A stretch of DNA of 64,000 nt from Mobula hypostoma (taxonomy: Eukaryota), in the NCBI RefSeq assembly GCF_963921235.1, contig NC_086106.1, forward strand, positions 19,654,001-19,718,000, read 5' to 3'. The position numbers and the translations under genes are program-made. This document shows, piece after piece, positions 22,538-36,300 of this stretch (position 1 is the first letter of the stretch; each line of letters opens with the position of its first letter). The notes below the pieces were generated by a model, which was not told the origin of the DNA, made no database searches, and saw only the letters and a program-made list of their open reading frames with translations.

Positions 22538-24530
22538 TAGAAACATAGAAAGTCTACAGCACAATACAGGCCCTTCAGCCCACAAAGCTGTGCCGAACAT
22601 GTCCTTGCCTTAGAAATTACCTAGGGTTAGCCATAGCCTTCTAATTTTGTAAGCTCCATGTACCTATCCAGGAGTCTCTTAAAAGACCCTATCGTATGCA
22701 CCTCCACCTCCATCGCCGACAGCCCATTCCATGCACTCACCACTCTCTGCATAAAAAACTTACCCCTGATGTCTCCTCTGTACCTACTTCCAGGCACCTT
22801 AAAACTGTGCCCTCTCATGCTAGCCATTTCAGCCCTGGGAAAAAGCCTCTGACTAGCCACATGATCGATGCCTCTCATATCTTATAAGCCTCTATCAGGT
22901 CACATCTCATCCTCTGTCGCTCCAAGGATAAAAGGCTGAGTTCACTCAAACTATTCTCATAAGGCATGCTCCCCAATCCAGGCAAATATCCTTGTAAATC
23001 TCCTCTGCACCATTTCTATCATTTCCACATCCTTCCAAGAGTGAGGCGACCAGAACTGAGCACAGTACTCCAAGTGGGGTCATGACGAAGGGTCTCGGCA
23101 CGAAACATTGACTGTTGGCTTCCATGGATGCTGCCTGACCTGCTGAGCTCCTCCAGCATGTTGTGCATGTTGCCTCATTTGATAGGCCCTATTCTCTCAC
23201 GTCTTATCCTCTTGCTCTTCGTAAACTTGTAGAATGCCTTGGGGTTTTCCTTAATCCTGTCCACCAAGGCCTTCCAATGACCCCTTCTGGCTCTCCAAAG
23301 TTTTTCTTAAGTTCCTTCATGTTAGCCTTATAATCTTCTAGACATCTATTATTACCTAGTTTTTTGAACCTTTCATAAGCTCTTCTTTTCTTCTTGACTA
23401 GATTTTCAGCAGCTTTTGTACTCCACGGTTACTGTACCCTACCATCCTTTCCCTGTCTGATTGGAACGTACCTATGCAGAGCTCCACACAAATATCCCCT
23501 GAACATTCCTTACATTTCCCCAATTTATGCTCACAAGTTCCTGCCTTGATAGCCTCATATCTCCCCTTATTCCAATTAAATGCTTTTCTAACTTGTCTGT
23601 TCCTATCCCTCTCTAATAAGAGATAGAATTGTGATCACTATCTCCAAATTGCTCTCTCACTGAGAGATCTGACACCTGACCAGGTTCATTTCCCAATACC
23701 AGGTCAAACACAGCCTCTTCTCTTGTAGGCTTATCTACATATTGTGTCCAAGAAGCCTTCTTGAACACACCTAACAATCTCCACCCCATCTAAACCCCTC
23801 ACTCTAGGGACATGCCAATCGATATTTGGGAAATTAAAATCTCCCACCATGACAACCCTGTTATTATTACACCTTTCCAGAATCTGTCTTCCCATCTGCT
23901 GCTTGATGTCCCTGTTACTATCGGGTGGTCCATTAGAACACTGAGTAGAGTTATTGACCCCTTCCTATTCCTAACTTCCATCCATAGAGAATCCCTCCAT
24001 GTCCTTCTCCTTTTCTGCAGCTGTGACACTATCTCTGATCAACAGTGCCATGCCCCCACCTCTTTTGCCTCCCTCCCTGTCCTTTCTTAAACATCTAAAG
24101 CCTGGTACTCCAAGTAAGCATTCCTGCCCCTGAGCCATCCAAGTCTCTGTAATGTCCACAACATCATAGCTCCAAGTACTGATCCATGCTCTAAGCTCAT
24201 TCACTTTGTTCATAATACTCCTTGCGTTAAAATAGACACATCTCAAACAATCGGTCTGAGCGTTTCCCTTTTCTATCACCTACCTATCCTCCCTCTTGCA
24301 CTGCCTCAAAGCTTTCCCTATTTGTGAGCCAATTGCCTCTTCCTCGGTGTCTATAGTTTGGTTCTCACCCCCCAGCAATTTAAACTCTCCCCAATAGCCT
24401 TAGCAAACCTCCCCACCAGGATATTGATCCCCCTTGGATTTAAGTGCAACCCATCCTGTTTGTACAAGTCACTCCTGCCCCAAAAGTGGTCCCAATGATC
24501 CAGAAATCTGAATCCCTGTCCTCTGCTCCA
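22538..24530 (-). mobile_element. CR1 LINE with internal deletion (ORF1 esterase end, endonuclease, 3' end)
   Basis: Tail TAGAAACATAGAAA, CVYFNARSIMNK...ITETW...RKDREGGKRGGG and DLYKQDGLHLNP. The RT core is missing. Confidence 0.8.
23078..23175 (+). mobile_element. Penelope-like terminal fragment with degenerate hammerhead
   Basis: GTC-ATGACGA-AGGG-TCTCGG-CAC-GAAA-C-ATT-GACT followed by the gatgctgcctgacctgctgag motif. Confidence 0.7.
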
Positions 24531-27530
24531 GATGTGGGAAATTTCAGAAACCTCCAGTCTCCCTGATAGCTACATTTGTACGAAGTGCATTGAGCTGCAG
24601 CTCCTTACGGACCGTGTTCAGGAACTGGAGCTGCAGATGGATGACCATAGAGGAAAATGAGTAGGTGATCGAAAGGAGCTACTGGGAGGTGGTTTCTCTT
24701 GAAATGCAGGAGGTAGGTACCTGGGTGACTCTCAGGGGACTGAAACAGAATTGGCAGCCAGTGCAGAGTACCCCTGTGGCTGTTCCCCACAATAATAAGA
24801 ATACAGCTTAGGTTGCTGTTGGGGGGATAGCCTACGAGGGGACTGCCAGATCGACCTTATCTCTGGCACTAAGTCTGTCTCTGTAGTCCAGATGGAAATA
24901 CAGGCAAAGAAGAGTGCAGTAGTGATAGGGGATTCCATAATTAGAGGAGTGGGCATGAAATGTTAGGAAAATCTTGAATCAGGTCAATGGCATTTTAAAG
25001 GGGGGAGGGTGAACAACTGGAAGATGTGCGGTATATATTGCTACCAACAACATAGGTAGGAAAAGGCAGGAGGTCCTGAAGACAGAATATAAGGAGTTAG
25101 GTAAAAGCTGAAAAGCAGACCCATCAGGATAGTCATCTCTGTTGCTGACTGTGCCACAGACCAGTGAGAGTAGAAATCGGATGATTTGTCAGGTGAATGT
25201 GTGGCTGAAGAATTGGTGCAGGGAGCAGGGTTTCAGATTTCTGGATCATTCGTATCTCTTCTGGGGAAGGTAAGACCTGTACAAAAAGCATGGGTTACAC
25301 CTGAAACCATGGGGGGGGGGGCGGGGGGGGGCAGTGTTCTGATCAATGGTCTCAGCCTTTTCTCTAGATGCTGCCTGACCTGCTGAATACCTCCAGAATT
25401 TTGTGTATGTTGCATGGACTTCCAGCATCTGCAGGATTTCTCTTCTTTGTAATGGGGTCAGTATCTTTGCAGGTGGGTTTACAAGAGTTGTTGGGGGCAG
25501 TTTAAGCTAATTTGGCAGGTGGATGGGAAGCAGAGTGATAGGGCTGAGGACAGGGCAGTTGTTATACAACTAGATGCAGTGTGTAGTGAGAGTTTGTGGA
25601 AGGACAAGCAGATGATCGGGCAAAATTACAGTCAGAGGGATAAGTTAGAGTGCAACAGAGGGCCAAAATGCAACAGGGTGATGGATACAGGACTGAAGGA
25701 CTATTTCCATGTACAGTATACAAAATAAATCAGATCATCTTGAGGTGTAGTTAGAGATTGGCAAGTGTGACGTTGTGGGCATTGCTGAGTAGCGGCTGAA
25801 AAAAGATCATAGTTGGGAGCTTAACACCCGAAGGTAGACTTAGTATTGATCAGATAGGCAAGTAGGAAGAGGAAATCGGTTGGTTCTGTTGGTAAAAAAT
25901 GAAATCAAATCCTTAGAAAGATGTGGCATAGGACCAAAGATGTACAATCCTTGTGAGTAGAGTTAAGGAACTGCAAGGGTCATCAGACCCTTATGGGAGT
26001 TATATGTGTGCCTCCAAACAGTAACCAGGCTGCATGCTGCAAATTATAATGAGAGATAGAAATGTCATGTAAAAAGGGCAATGTTGTGATCATCATGGAG
26101 TATTTCACTATGCGGGTAGATTGAGAAAATCAGGTTGGTGCTGGATTCCAAGAGAGGGAATTTGTAGAAAACCTAAGAGGTTGTTTTTTAGGGCACCTTA
26201 TGGATGAACCCACTAGGGGAAAGGCAATGCTAGATTGGGTGTTATGGAATGACCCAGATTTGATGAAGGAGTATAAGGTAAAGGAATCCTTAGGAAACAA
26301 TGATCATAAATTGATAAGAGTTCACCCTTTCATTTGAGAAGGAGAAGCTAAAGTTGTATGTATCAGTATTACAGTGGAATAAAGGGAATAACAGAGGCAA
26401 GAGAGAGGAGCTGACCAAAGTTGATTGGAAGAGGATATTGGCTGGAATGATGACTGGAATTTCTGGGATCAATTTGAAAGGCACAAGAAGGATGCATCCC
26501 AAAGATGAAGAAAATTCTAAAGAGATGATGAGACACCATGGCTGACAAGGGAAGTCAAAGACAACATAAAAGGAAAAGAGAGGGATATAATATGGCAAAA
26601 AATAGTGGCAATCTGGAGTATTGGGAAGCTTTTAAAAAACAAGAAAGGCAACTAAGAAATCCACAAAGAAAAAAGTATGAAGCTAAGCCAGCCAATAATA
26701 TAAAGTGGATACAAAAAGTTTTTTTTCAGATTTGTAAAGAGCAAGTGAGAGACAAGAGTGGATATCAGATCACTGGAAAATGATGATGGAGAGGTAGTAA
26801 TAAGGGACAAAGAAATGGCATATGAACATAAAAAGTATTTTGTGGCAATCTTCACTGTGAAATACAGTAGCAGCATGCCAGAAATGTGAGTGTCCAAGGG
26901 CACAATTGAGTGTAGTTGGTCTTACAGCAGAAGGTATTTGGGAATTTGAAAGGTCTGATGGTAGATAAGTCACCTGGACCAGAAGGACGACATTCCAGGC
27001 TTCTGAAAGTGGTAGGTGAAGAGATTATGCAGGAATTAGAAACAATTTGTACAGAATCATCAGATTCTGAAATAGTTCTCGAGGACTGGAATATTGCAAA
27101 TGTCACCCCACTCTTTAAGAAGGGACAGAGACAGAAAAAGGAAATTATAGTCCAGTTAGTTGATGTCAGTGGTGGAAAAGATGTTGGAGTCTATTACTAA
27201 GTATAAGGTTTCAGGGTACTTGGAGGCATATGGTAAAATAGGCCAATGTCAGTATGGTTTCCTTAAGGGCAAATCTTACCTGACAAACTCTTTCAGAATT
27301 TTTGAGGAGTTGACAGGCAGGACAGACAAAGGTTGTTGTGTCACTAGATGTTGTGTACTTGGATTTTCAGAAGGTCTTTGACAAGGTGCCACACATGAGG
27401 CTGCTTAACAAGATAAGAGCACATGGGGTTACAGGAAAGATACTGGCGTGGATAGATGGTTGGCTGACTGGCCGGAGGCAAAAAGTGGGAATAAAGGTGC
27501 CATTTCTGGATGGCTGCCAGTGACTCTGTG
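24520..27530 (+). mobile_element. Decayed CR1 LINE: ORF1 (Cys-rich N-terminus, SGNH esterase), endonuclease and RT start; Penelope fragment at 25332-25450
   Basis: YICTKCIELQLLTDRVQELELQMDD, VVIGDSIIRG, DKSPGPEGRH and YLDFQKVFDKVPHMRLL. Confidence 0.8.
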
Positions 27531-27537
27531 CCACAGG

Positions 27538-29060
27538 TGTCATGTTTGTAAGTTCAAAACAATTAAACTAATTCAAAGAAAGACACTGGAGTCCAAAATG
27601 TGAGTCTTAGATCATTTTTTTACTTTATGCCAGGCACACACATACATTGTGATAATGTGATGATGTACATAATTCACATATTTAAATGTATAACCATAAT
27701 GACCTATTTAAACAAACAAGAATGCTTAATCAAACAATATATGTACAAGATTATTCAATATTACTGAAATGTTAAATACACTGCACTCCTCCCTATTTAG
27801 TTATAAACTCCAACTCAACAGGGAATGTATCTCAACTACAAAGAATATACAGAGTATACCGTATTACAACACGATATACAGACATTCACAACATAGACAA
27901 TTTTAAGCTTTCCAATTCAGGCCTAAAGATTTCATCACTGTGGAGAATTTCTAACTCTTGTGAGATAACATCTTTTGTGACAAGGGAGGTTACTCTGCTT
28001 GGCAGGTGAGATTTGTGGCTGTGAAACAATCTCATGTTCTGACACTCCTCCATGTCACCCTCCTCTTTCTTTCCATTTTTCTTCTTTCTGGATATGCATC
28101 TTCATCTTGGGAAGGTGTGTTTAGTTCTCTGGAGTATTGTCTTATTAATCTTTCTATTGCTCCCTTTATGATCTGATCTTTCCATTTGGTTTCCTCAACC
28201 ACAACATCATCTGATGAATCCTCTGCACTTATTTCTCCTTTGACTCCTATCTTTTTGGCCTTCCATTCATCGAGCTGGGCTTTGGACTTTGCATCTACTT
28301 TTACAAGCAACTTTGTGTCTGTCACTTGAAGTTCATGCAATGACATAATTACATGCAGAACAGATTGTGGCTCTTTTACTCACAAAAGCTAAATTCTTGC
28401 AACTTTCTGAAGCTCCATGAACGATCTTCCAACTTAAAAATATACCACATTTCACAAGTAGCTACCTGACTAACATATCAGAAGCTTTCTCAGATACATT
28501 GTCTATGAACACTGTTGTAGTCACATTTATGATTCCTCTAAGCAGCATGGTCCTTCCTTAGTCCAATATGTTTTCCAACTAAAGGCACGGAGGTAGGCAT
28601 CAGCAACTGTTTGTTCTCTGTTGGGCAATGGTTCATGGTGTTCGGTATCGAGATAGTTGTGGCATCATCCAGTACCTTTCTCAATTCTCTTTCAGATGGC
28701 ATCATTGCAGGGGAAGTGCTATGCAGATTATGGATAGATCTCCAGTCAAGTTGTAGTTGTCTCAGCCACTCATGTCCCTACAGTGCTGGTCGTTCCATTT
28801 TAATTTCATACAAGCTCAATGTGGCCTGTTGGTTGTTATATTTCAGTGTTATGAATGTCATTCCCATGGAAGTTATTGTTTCTCCAGTATAAGTTCTCAG
28901 TTGGATATCTATAGGCTTCAGTTTAGTACCTAAAATGTCATTCAAATTCATTTTATTGAATGACTAAAACAGCCAACCCAGTGTCCAATTCCATTTTAAT
29001 TAATTTGCCACTCATTTTTATTGTAAGCCATATTGCATACCCATTGCTAGTTTTCACATT
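27538..29060 (-). mobile_element. Gypsy remnant: protease fragment, captured host sequence, pol 3' end, PPT and 3' LTR (27538-27785)
   Basis: KMELDTGLAVLVI...IQLRTYTGE...WLRQLQLDW (28700-29050), a PPT TAAATAGGGAGGAG (27786-27799) and a 248-bp TG...CA LTR. Confidence 0.75.
28060..28610 (-). pseudogene. RBM25: Intronless (processed) RBM25 fragment covering the RRM and adjacent region
   Basis: VGKHIGLRKDH / TTTVFIDNVSEKASDMLVR*LLVKCGIFLSWKIVHGAS / KLQEFSFCE / KEPQSVL...LHELQVTDTKLLVKVDAKSKAQLDEWKAKK...EETKWKDQIIKGAIERLIRQYSRELNTPSQ. This is collinear with vertebrate RBM25 as I remember it. Stops and frameshifts are present. Confidence 0.9.
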
Positions 29061-29469
29061 GTAATTCTAAAGGACACAATGTAATGATTGTCACAAAGGT
29101 TTCAAAGGTACATTTAATATCAGAGAAATGTATGCAATATACATCCTGAAATGATTTTTCTTCGCAATTATCAACAAAAACAAAGCAATGCCCCCAAAGA
29201 ACGAATGACAGTTAAATGTTAGAAACCCAATGACCCCGCCCCCCCCCCCCCCCCCCAGCTCCAGCAAAGTGACGATTCCCGTCCTCCCACCAGCAAAAAT
29301 AAATGCTTTGGCACCCACCAAAGAGCACTCAAGCATGCAGCAAAGCAACAGCAAAGACACAGACTTGCAGTACCCCAAAGACTACACTGTCACCCAGTTT
29401 TTGACATACCACAGGCTCTCTCTCTCTCTCTCTCTTCCTAATAAGTGAGAAAGAGGTGACTCCATTATG

Positions 29470-32120
29470 TTTTTAGAGCAGCTTGTTGTTGAGCCTTCTA
29501 GGGAATCAGCTGTGCTGGATTGAGTGTTGTGCAACGATCCAGAGATAATAAGAGAGCTTAGGGTTAAGAAACACTTTGGGTACAGTGATCACAATATGAT
29601 TGAGTTCACATTGAAATTTGAGAGGGAAAAATAAAATCCAATGTGTCAGTATTTCAGTGGAATAAAGGAATTTACAATGGCATGAGAGGGGAACTGGCCA
29701 AAGTTGACTGGAAAGGGACATTTGCAGGAAAGACAGCAGAACAGCAATGGCTGGAGTTTCTGTGAAAAATGAGGGAAGAGCAAGACAGATATATTCCAAA
29801 TAAGAAAAAAAAATTCACAGGGAAGAAAGACACTACCATGGCTGATAAGTGAAGTCAGAGCCAAAGTAAAAGCAAAACAAAGGGCATACAAGGAAGCCAG
29901 AGCTAGTGGGAAGATAGAGGTTTGGGGAGCATTTAAAAACTCGCAGAAGGAAACTAGGAAGGTCATTCGGAAGGTAAAGGTGAATTATGAGGGGAAGCTG
30001 GTGACTAATATCAAAGAAGATACTAAAATCTTTTTTAATAATATATAAAGGGTAAAAGAGAGTCAAGAGTAGATATAGGACCAATACAAAATGACACTGG
30101 AGATATTGTAATGAGAGATGCAGAAATGGCAGGGGAATTGAATGCGTAGTTTGCATCAGTCTTTACAGTGGAAGACATCTGCAGTATTCTGGACATTCAA
30201 GAGTGTCAGGGAAGGGAGGTTTGTGCAGTGAAAATTACGACTGAGAAGGTGCTCAGGAAGCTTAGTGGTCTGAGGGTGGATAAATCTCCTGGACCTGATG
30301 GAATGCACCCTCGGGTTCTGAAGGAAGTATCTGGAGAGATGGCGGAGGCATTAACGATAATCTTTCAAGAATCGTTAGATTCTGGTATTGTACCGGATAA
30401 CTGGAAAATTGCAGATTATTTAAGAATGGGGGAAGCAGCAGAAGGGAAACTATAGACCTGTTAGCCTGACATCAGAGGTTGGGAAATTGTTGGATCGATT
30501 GTTAGGGATGAGATTATGGAGTACCTGGAGGCACATGGCAAGATAGGCCAAAGCCAGCATGGTTTCCTGAAAAGACAACCCTGCCTGACAAACCTACTGC
30601 AATTCTTTGAGGAAATTACAAGCAGGGTAGGAAAAAGGAGATGCAGTAGACATGGTGTACTTAGCATTTTCAGAAGGCCTGTGACAAGGTGCCACACATG
30701 AGGCTGCTTAGCAAGATAAGAGCCCATGGAATTACAGGGAAGTTACTAGTGTGGGTGGAGCATTGGCGCTTCGACAGAAAACAGAGAATGGGAATAAACA
30801 GGTAGGCTTAGAGGATGAGGTGGCTCTATTGGTAAAAAATTAAATCAAATCCTTAGAAAGAGGTGACATAGTATCAGAAGATGTAGTATCATTGTAGGCA
30901 GAATTAAGAAACTAGAAGGGTAAAAAGATCCTGATGGGAGTTATATACAGGCCTCTGAACTGTAGCCAGAATGAGGGCTACAAATTACAATGGGATATAG
31001 GAAGGGCATGCAAAAAGGGCAAAGTTACAATAGTCATGTGGATAGATTGAGACAATGAGGTTGGTGCTGGATCCCAAGAGAAGAAATCTGCAGAATGCCT
31101 ATGAGATTATTTTTTAGAGCAGCTTGTGGTTGAGTCCAAAAGTGGAACAGCAATTCTGGATTCGGTGTAGAGTAATGAACCAGATTTAATTTGTGAGCTT
31201 AAGGTAAAGGAACCCTTAGGAGAGAGTGATCATAATGTAATAAAATTCACACTGCAGTTTGAGAAGGAGAACCTAAAATCAGGTGTATCGGTACTACAGT
31301 GGAGTAAAGGGAACTACAGATGCATGACAGAGGAGCTGGACATAGTTGATTGGAAGGGGTCAATAACAGGGATGATTCCAAAACTGAAAAGGCTGGAGTT
31401 TTGGGGAGAAATTTGGAAGAAAAGAGAAAGCATATAATACAGCAAAACCAACAGAAGGCTTGCTATCCAGTATGTGCTATATGTTTCTTGTGCTGTGTAT
31501 CACTTGGTACGGTGTTCTGCACATTGGCCCTGAAGAAACACTGCTTTGTCTGTACTGATGGGCATTCACACCTGGTTGAATGATAATAAACTTGAACTTA
31601 AACTTGAAGGCAACTGAAAGAGACATAAAGAGAGAAGGGATGAAATATGAAGGTAAGCTAGCCAAAAATATAAAAGAGGATATCAAAAGTTTTTTTCAGA
31701 TATATATCAAGTAGATGAGAGACCAGAGTGGATATCAGACCACTGGAAATTTACACTGGAGAGGTAACAATGTGGGACAAAGAAACGATGGGCGAACTTA
31801 CTAAATATATTGCGTCAGACTTCAATGTGGAACACAACAACAGAATGCTAGAAATGCAAGAGTGTCTGGAGGCAGAAGTGAGTGTCATCTCTATTACTAA
31901 GGAGAAGGTGCTTGGGATGCTGAAAAGTCTGAAGGTAGTTAAGTCACCTGGACTTGATGGACAACACCTCAGGGCTCTGAAGGATGCGGCTGAAGAGACC
32001 GTGGAGGAATTAGTAATGATTTTTCAACAAGATTATGAAATGGTTTCAGAGGATTAGAAAATTGCAGATGTTACTCCACTTTTTAAGAAGGGGCAGAGGT
32101 AAAAGAAAGGAAATTATAGG
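29470..32120 (+). mobile_element. Two successive decayed CR1 ORF2 fragments (about 29470-30790 and 30795-32120)
   Basis: Repeated endonuclease C-terminal sequence, DKSPGPDGMHPRVLKEV and QSQHGFLK motifs. Confidence 0.75.
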
Positions 32121-32135
32121 CCAGATCGTTAATAG

Positions 32136-32253
32136 TTAGTGCAGATTCAGTGGTTAATGGTTAGTGCAGACTCAGTGGTTAATGGTTAGTGAAGACTCAG
32201 TGGTTAATGGTTCGTACAGACTCAGTGGTTAATGGTTAGTACAGACTCAGTGG
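32136..32253 (+). repeat. 25-bp minisatellite, about 4.7 copies, running into a CR1 3' tail
   Basis: Unit TTAGTGCAGACTCAGTGGTTAATGG. Confidence 0.9.
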
Positions 32254-33044
32254 GATGATGGGCCTGTTTCTGTGCTGTATCTCTCTATTTGTACAGGAAA
32301 CAGTACAGACCGAGTGTGGAAGCCCTTGTAAGTGTCCCCGGGACTAACCATCAAAAGTGGTAAGTGTGACCTCATTGCAATCTAAAGGGGAATGCAGACC
32401 TGAATCACCAGTGATTAATGTTCCTTCCCAGACACTGCCTACCTTACTGTTTTCTGATTATATTTTCTACGTTCTTGCACATTCTAATAGAAAATGTGAC
32501 TTCCTTGGGACTCAGCTCGGTTCATCAGCAAGAACTTTTGTGGCTCATTTGTGGACATGGTTGGTCTGCAATGCAAAATAATTGGACACTTTTGCCCAAA
32601 AGCAACCACTTGCTTTAATATAGGAAATCATCAGAAGGTGTTTCACAGGAGCATAAATCGGATGTCTGGATAGAAGGAGAGGGAATGGCAGTTGAGGAAG
32701 TGTCTAGTCAGAGGAGGAATCTGGAAGCAAAGCAACAGAATGATGTGCTGAAATGGTTTGCACCACAATTTACTGACTCACTGAGACGTCAGACACAGAG
32801 AGATGGAAGAGTGCAGGGAATGGAAATGACATCCATAAGATGGATTTAAATTAAAGAGGAAGAGAAAGACACAGTACTGCAGGTTTAAATTCATTAGAAT
32901 GAATCTGTGGACTTTGTTGAGGAAGCTCCTCAGACAGAGTAATTGACAGTAGGACTGGCCTCCCATATGGAGGAGGGTGAGATGAAACTCAGGAATCATT
33001 TTAGAATGAATTCATGGCAAAAAATCAGTAAAGTACAAGTAAAT

Positions 33045-33347
33045 TATTTAATTTATTTATTTATTGGCATACAGCATGGAATAGGCCCTTCTGGCCCTTC
33101 AAGCCACACTGCCCAGGAATCCCGATTTAATCCTAGTCTAATCACAGGACAGTTTAAAAAGACCAATTAAAGTACCAAACTGAGGTACTTTAGACTTTGG
33201 ACTGTGAGAGGAAACCAGAGTACCAGGTGGAAACCCACAAATTCTCGGGGAGAAATTACAAATTCCTTACAGGCAGCGGCAGGAATTAAATTTAAGGTTA
33301 CCTGCACTGGAAAGCATTCTGCTAACCACTACACTACAATGCCACCC
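33045..33347 (-). mobile_element. tRNA-derived SINE (HE1/V-SINE-like) with CR1-type 3' tail
   Basis: Minus strand begins GGGTGGCATTGTAGTGTAGTGGTTAGC (A-box-like), has a degenerate B box and a central ggtttccacctggtactctggtttcctc segment, and ends in a CR1-like tail. Confidence 0.65.
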
Positions 33348-36300
33348 CAAATGCTGGGGTCCCCAGCCTGTCTGATGGATTCATTGATCAAAACTTAAAC
33401 TTGTGTTGGGTCCTGATCTTTTTGCAATTCAAAGTTCTTCAGCAGTCAACAAGGGGCATTAAAACCCATTGCTTATGACTGCTGAATACTGGTAGCAGAT
33501 ATTCCATTCAAATCCCACTGCTTAAATTAACCAATGAGATAGTCCCTATTTGAGCAATGTGATACCCGCCACTCAAAATGGGAGTTTCCAGGAGATACAC
33601 AGGCAACGGCAACCTACTGAACAGTTACATGCATATAAGTAATTATTTAAAAACAAATAAACATAAGAGAGTTAAACTACAATGAAAATAACAATTATAT
33701 GACAATTGGATGAATATGCAGTTTGTTATCCTTGATCTTCAGGTCTTGAGAGCTTCCAGGCCAAGGATAATCGTCAGCTTCAACAGTAATCCATGGTCTC
33801 TGTTGAAACTTGATTCACCGGGCAGCCTTCATTCTCATGATCAAACATCAGCTCCAACGTGTCATACTAGGATTCTGCCCACTGCTGACAACCTTGCAAT
33901 GACAATTGGATGATAGATCATTGAATCTCTCTGAATATGCAAGTTTGTTATACTTGATCTCAGGGCCTGAGAGCTTCCAGGCCAATGATAACCCCCAGCT
34001 CAGTGATTTACAGTGATTGTGATCTGTATGGCTGCTTACATCTAAACTAGACTCACGTGGCAGCCATCGTTCTCATCAACAAACTTCAGCTCCAGTTTGT
34101 CAGATGGGGATTCTGCCCATTGATGGAACATTGACAAGGCAGTGTGTGGCATCTTTCAGTTTCCCCTTATTTTCCACTTCATTGCTGCCAATTCACAATC
34201 ATCTGATCACCAAGATAGACAGACCTCTGTGCTCAGTTTGAGCAAACACATTTTAAGTTTTTGGTGGGAGTCTCCCAACTGCTTCAGAACTTATAATGCA
34301 GGTGTGTATACATTTCCCATAACATAATCAGTAAACCAATCAGTAACAGTCAATCATCATTACAGTGAGCCCATTTCTGATGCATGGCAAATGCTCTGTA
34401 ACGAGGAGAGGGTCTTGCTGTCTCTGTGTCTTTTGCCCTTTGGTTTTGATTCATTTTGTCTCAGTCTGTGTGATAAACGTGAACCTGTTGGTTGGTGCAA
34501 AGCACATTAGAATTGTATTTCCATATGTAAAGCAGTGTGTTTATTCTTTTTAGTAACACAGCTCCACTGGGAGGGCCCCCTGCTCAAATTAAACCTGCTT
34601 GTGAAACCTGAGAGGAAGTGTAAGGACTCAGTGTTAATGTCATCACAGAGTTTCAGACATCTGTCAGCTATTAATAACAAATAGTTACTGAGCTTCAAGT
34701 AAACCTGCAACACAGAACAGTACAGCACAGGAACAGGCCCTTCAGCCCATGATGACTGTGACAACCACAACACCAAATTAACCTAAACCGAACTCTCTGC
34801 ACATAATCCATATCCCTCCTGAATGGTCATGTGCTTTTTCAAACGTATCTCAATTGTACTATCATGCTGATTCACCACCACTCCTGCCAGTGCATTCCAG
34901 GTACCTGTCACTCTCTGTTTAAAAAAATACAACCCACAAATCTCCTTTGAATGTCATACCCCTCATCTTAAATCTTTGTCCTTTTGGAAATGACATTTTA
35001 CCCTGGGAAAATGACTCTGACTGTCTACCCTGTTTTCCAGAAGAAACTACAGTCTAATCAAGGACAGGCGAAGCAGACAAATCAGTTGTTTTTGTCCCAT
35101 CCCCCCATTTTGTGGACTCTGAACTGATTGTTGCTCTGGGATGATCTAATCAGTGCAACTGAGTGTGGACGCAAGGAACAGGTAATGACCTGCTAAATCT
35201 GAGACCATTCTTGGATGAATAGCTACTTACTATGTAAAATGCCAGACCAACCAAAGAAGCCATCTGTTATCTCGTTTGACTCTGTCTGGGTCACCTCATT
35301 TAACTGGTTTGGACCGGTCAGAGTTGAAAGACTCAAATGCACAAGGCTGGGATGGGCAGAACCATGAAACAATGTTGGTTGTAGCTCTGTACAATGACCA
35401 GTTAGAAGGTGACCCAGGTCAGTGAGGTGACCTTGTGCCAATGGGATGGAGATCCACCAGTTCGATTGATGAGGAACACTATAAGAATCAGGAGCTCCAA
35501 ATACGCAGGGACAATAACTCTCCAGCAACCAGAGACCAGCCGTCATGGACAAGGAGGACCTCACGAAGACGTGGAGATCGGGACCACGAGGAACACCTGG
35601 CCAGTGTAGACTCCTTTCCCGGGTAATACCTTTCCTCTTCATTGACGGTTCATGGAGGGTCAGGGATTCTAGTCGGGTGCACACAGGTAATCAGTTTGTG
35701 ATCCCACACGCTTTTGAGTTGAGAGAATAAAAGTTACTTGTCGATAAATACAGATTCTCTGTCCCTCCCTGATCATTATTACAAGGGGTGATTCTTGTAA
35801 CAACCCTATCGATGACTACTCTCATACCTTCACAAGCCTCTATGAGGTTGCCTCTCAGCCTGCACTCCAGAGTAAACAGTCAAAGATTGTTCAGCTTCTC
35901 GTTACAGCTAATATACTCTAACCCAGGCAATATGCTCATGAACATCTTTTACACCCCCTCCAAAGCCTTCACATCCTCTTGCAATGGAGCAACCAGAAAT
36001 GAACGTTCATGAAGTTTCACCCAGGTTAATACAGGCATGAAAACCTGTGCTTTAACTTGGACAAAACGCAATCTGTACTCTCCTCTTACCCAGTCCCACA
36101 AAATTCTCCCAGTAGGGACACCGTCTCATTGTGCTGGAATGTACTGGATTCAACTTTTGGGCTCTTTCCTGTGGAAACAGGGGGACATTTTTGACATCAT
36201 TAGTAATACGTGAAAGGTTTAGATGCTCATATACACCCTGGAAAGGAGGGTCATGAGAAGGTTGAAGGGTAAAGCATATTTCCACCTCACAGATGATAAA

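Noticed and set aside
35365-35460. MLVVALYND resembling an SH3 domain start
   Set aside because: The match does not extend and a stop follows, so it cannot be supported without a search.
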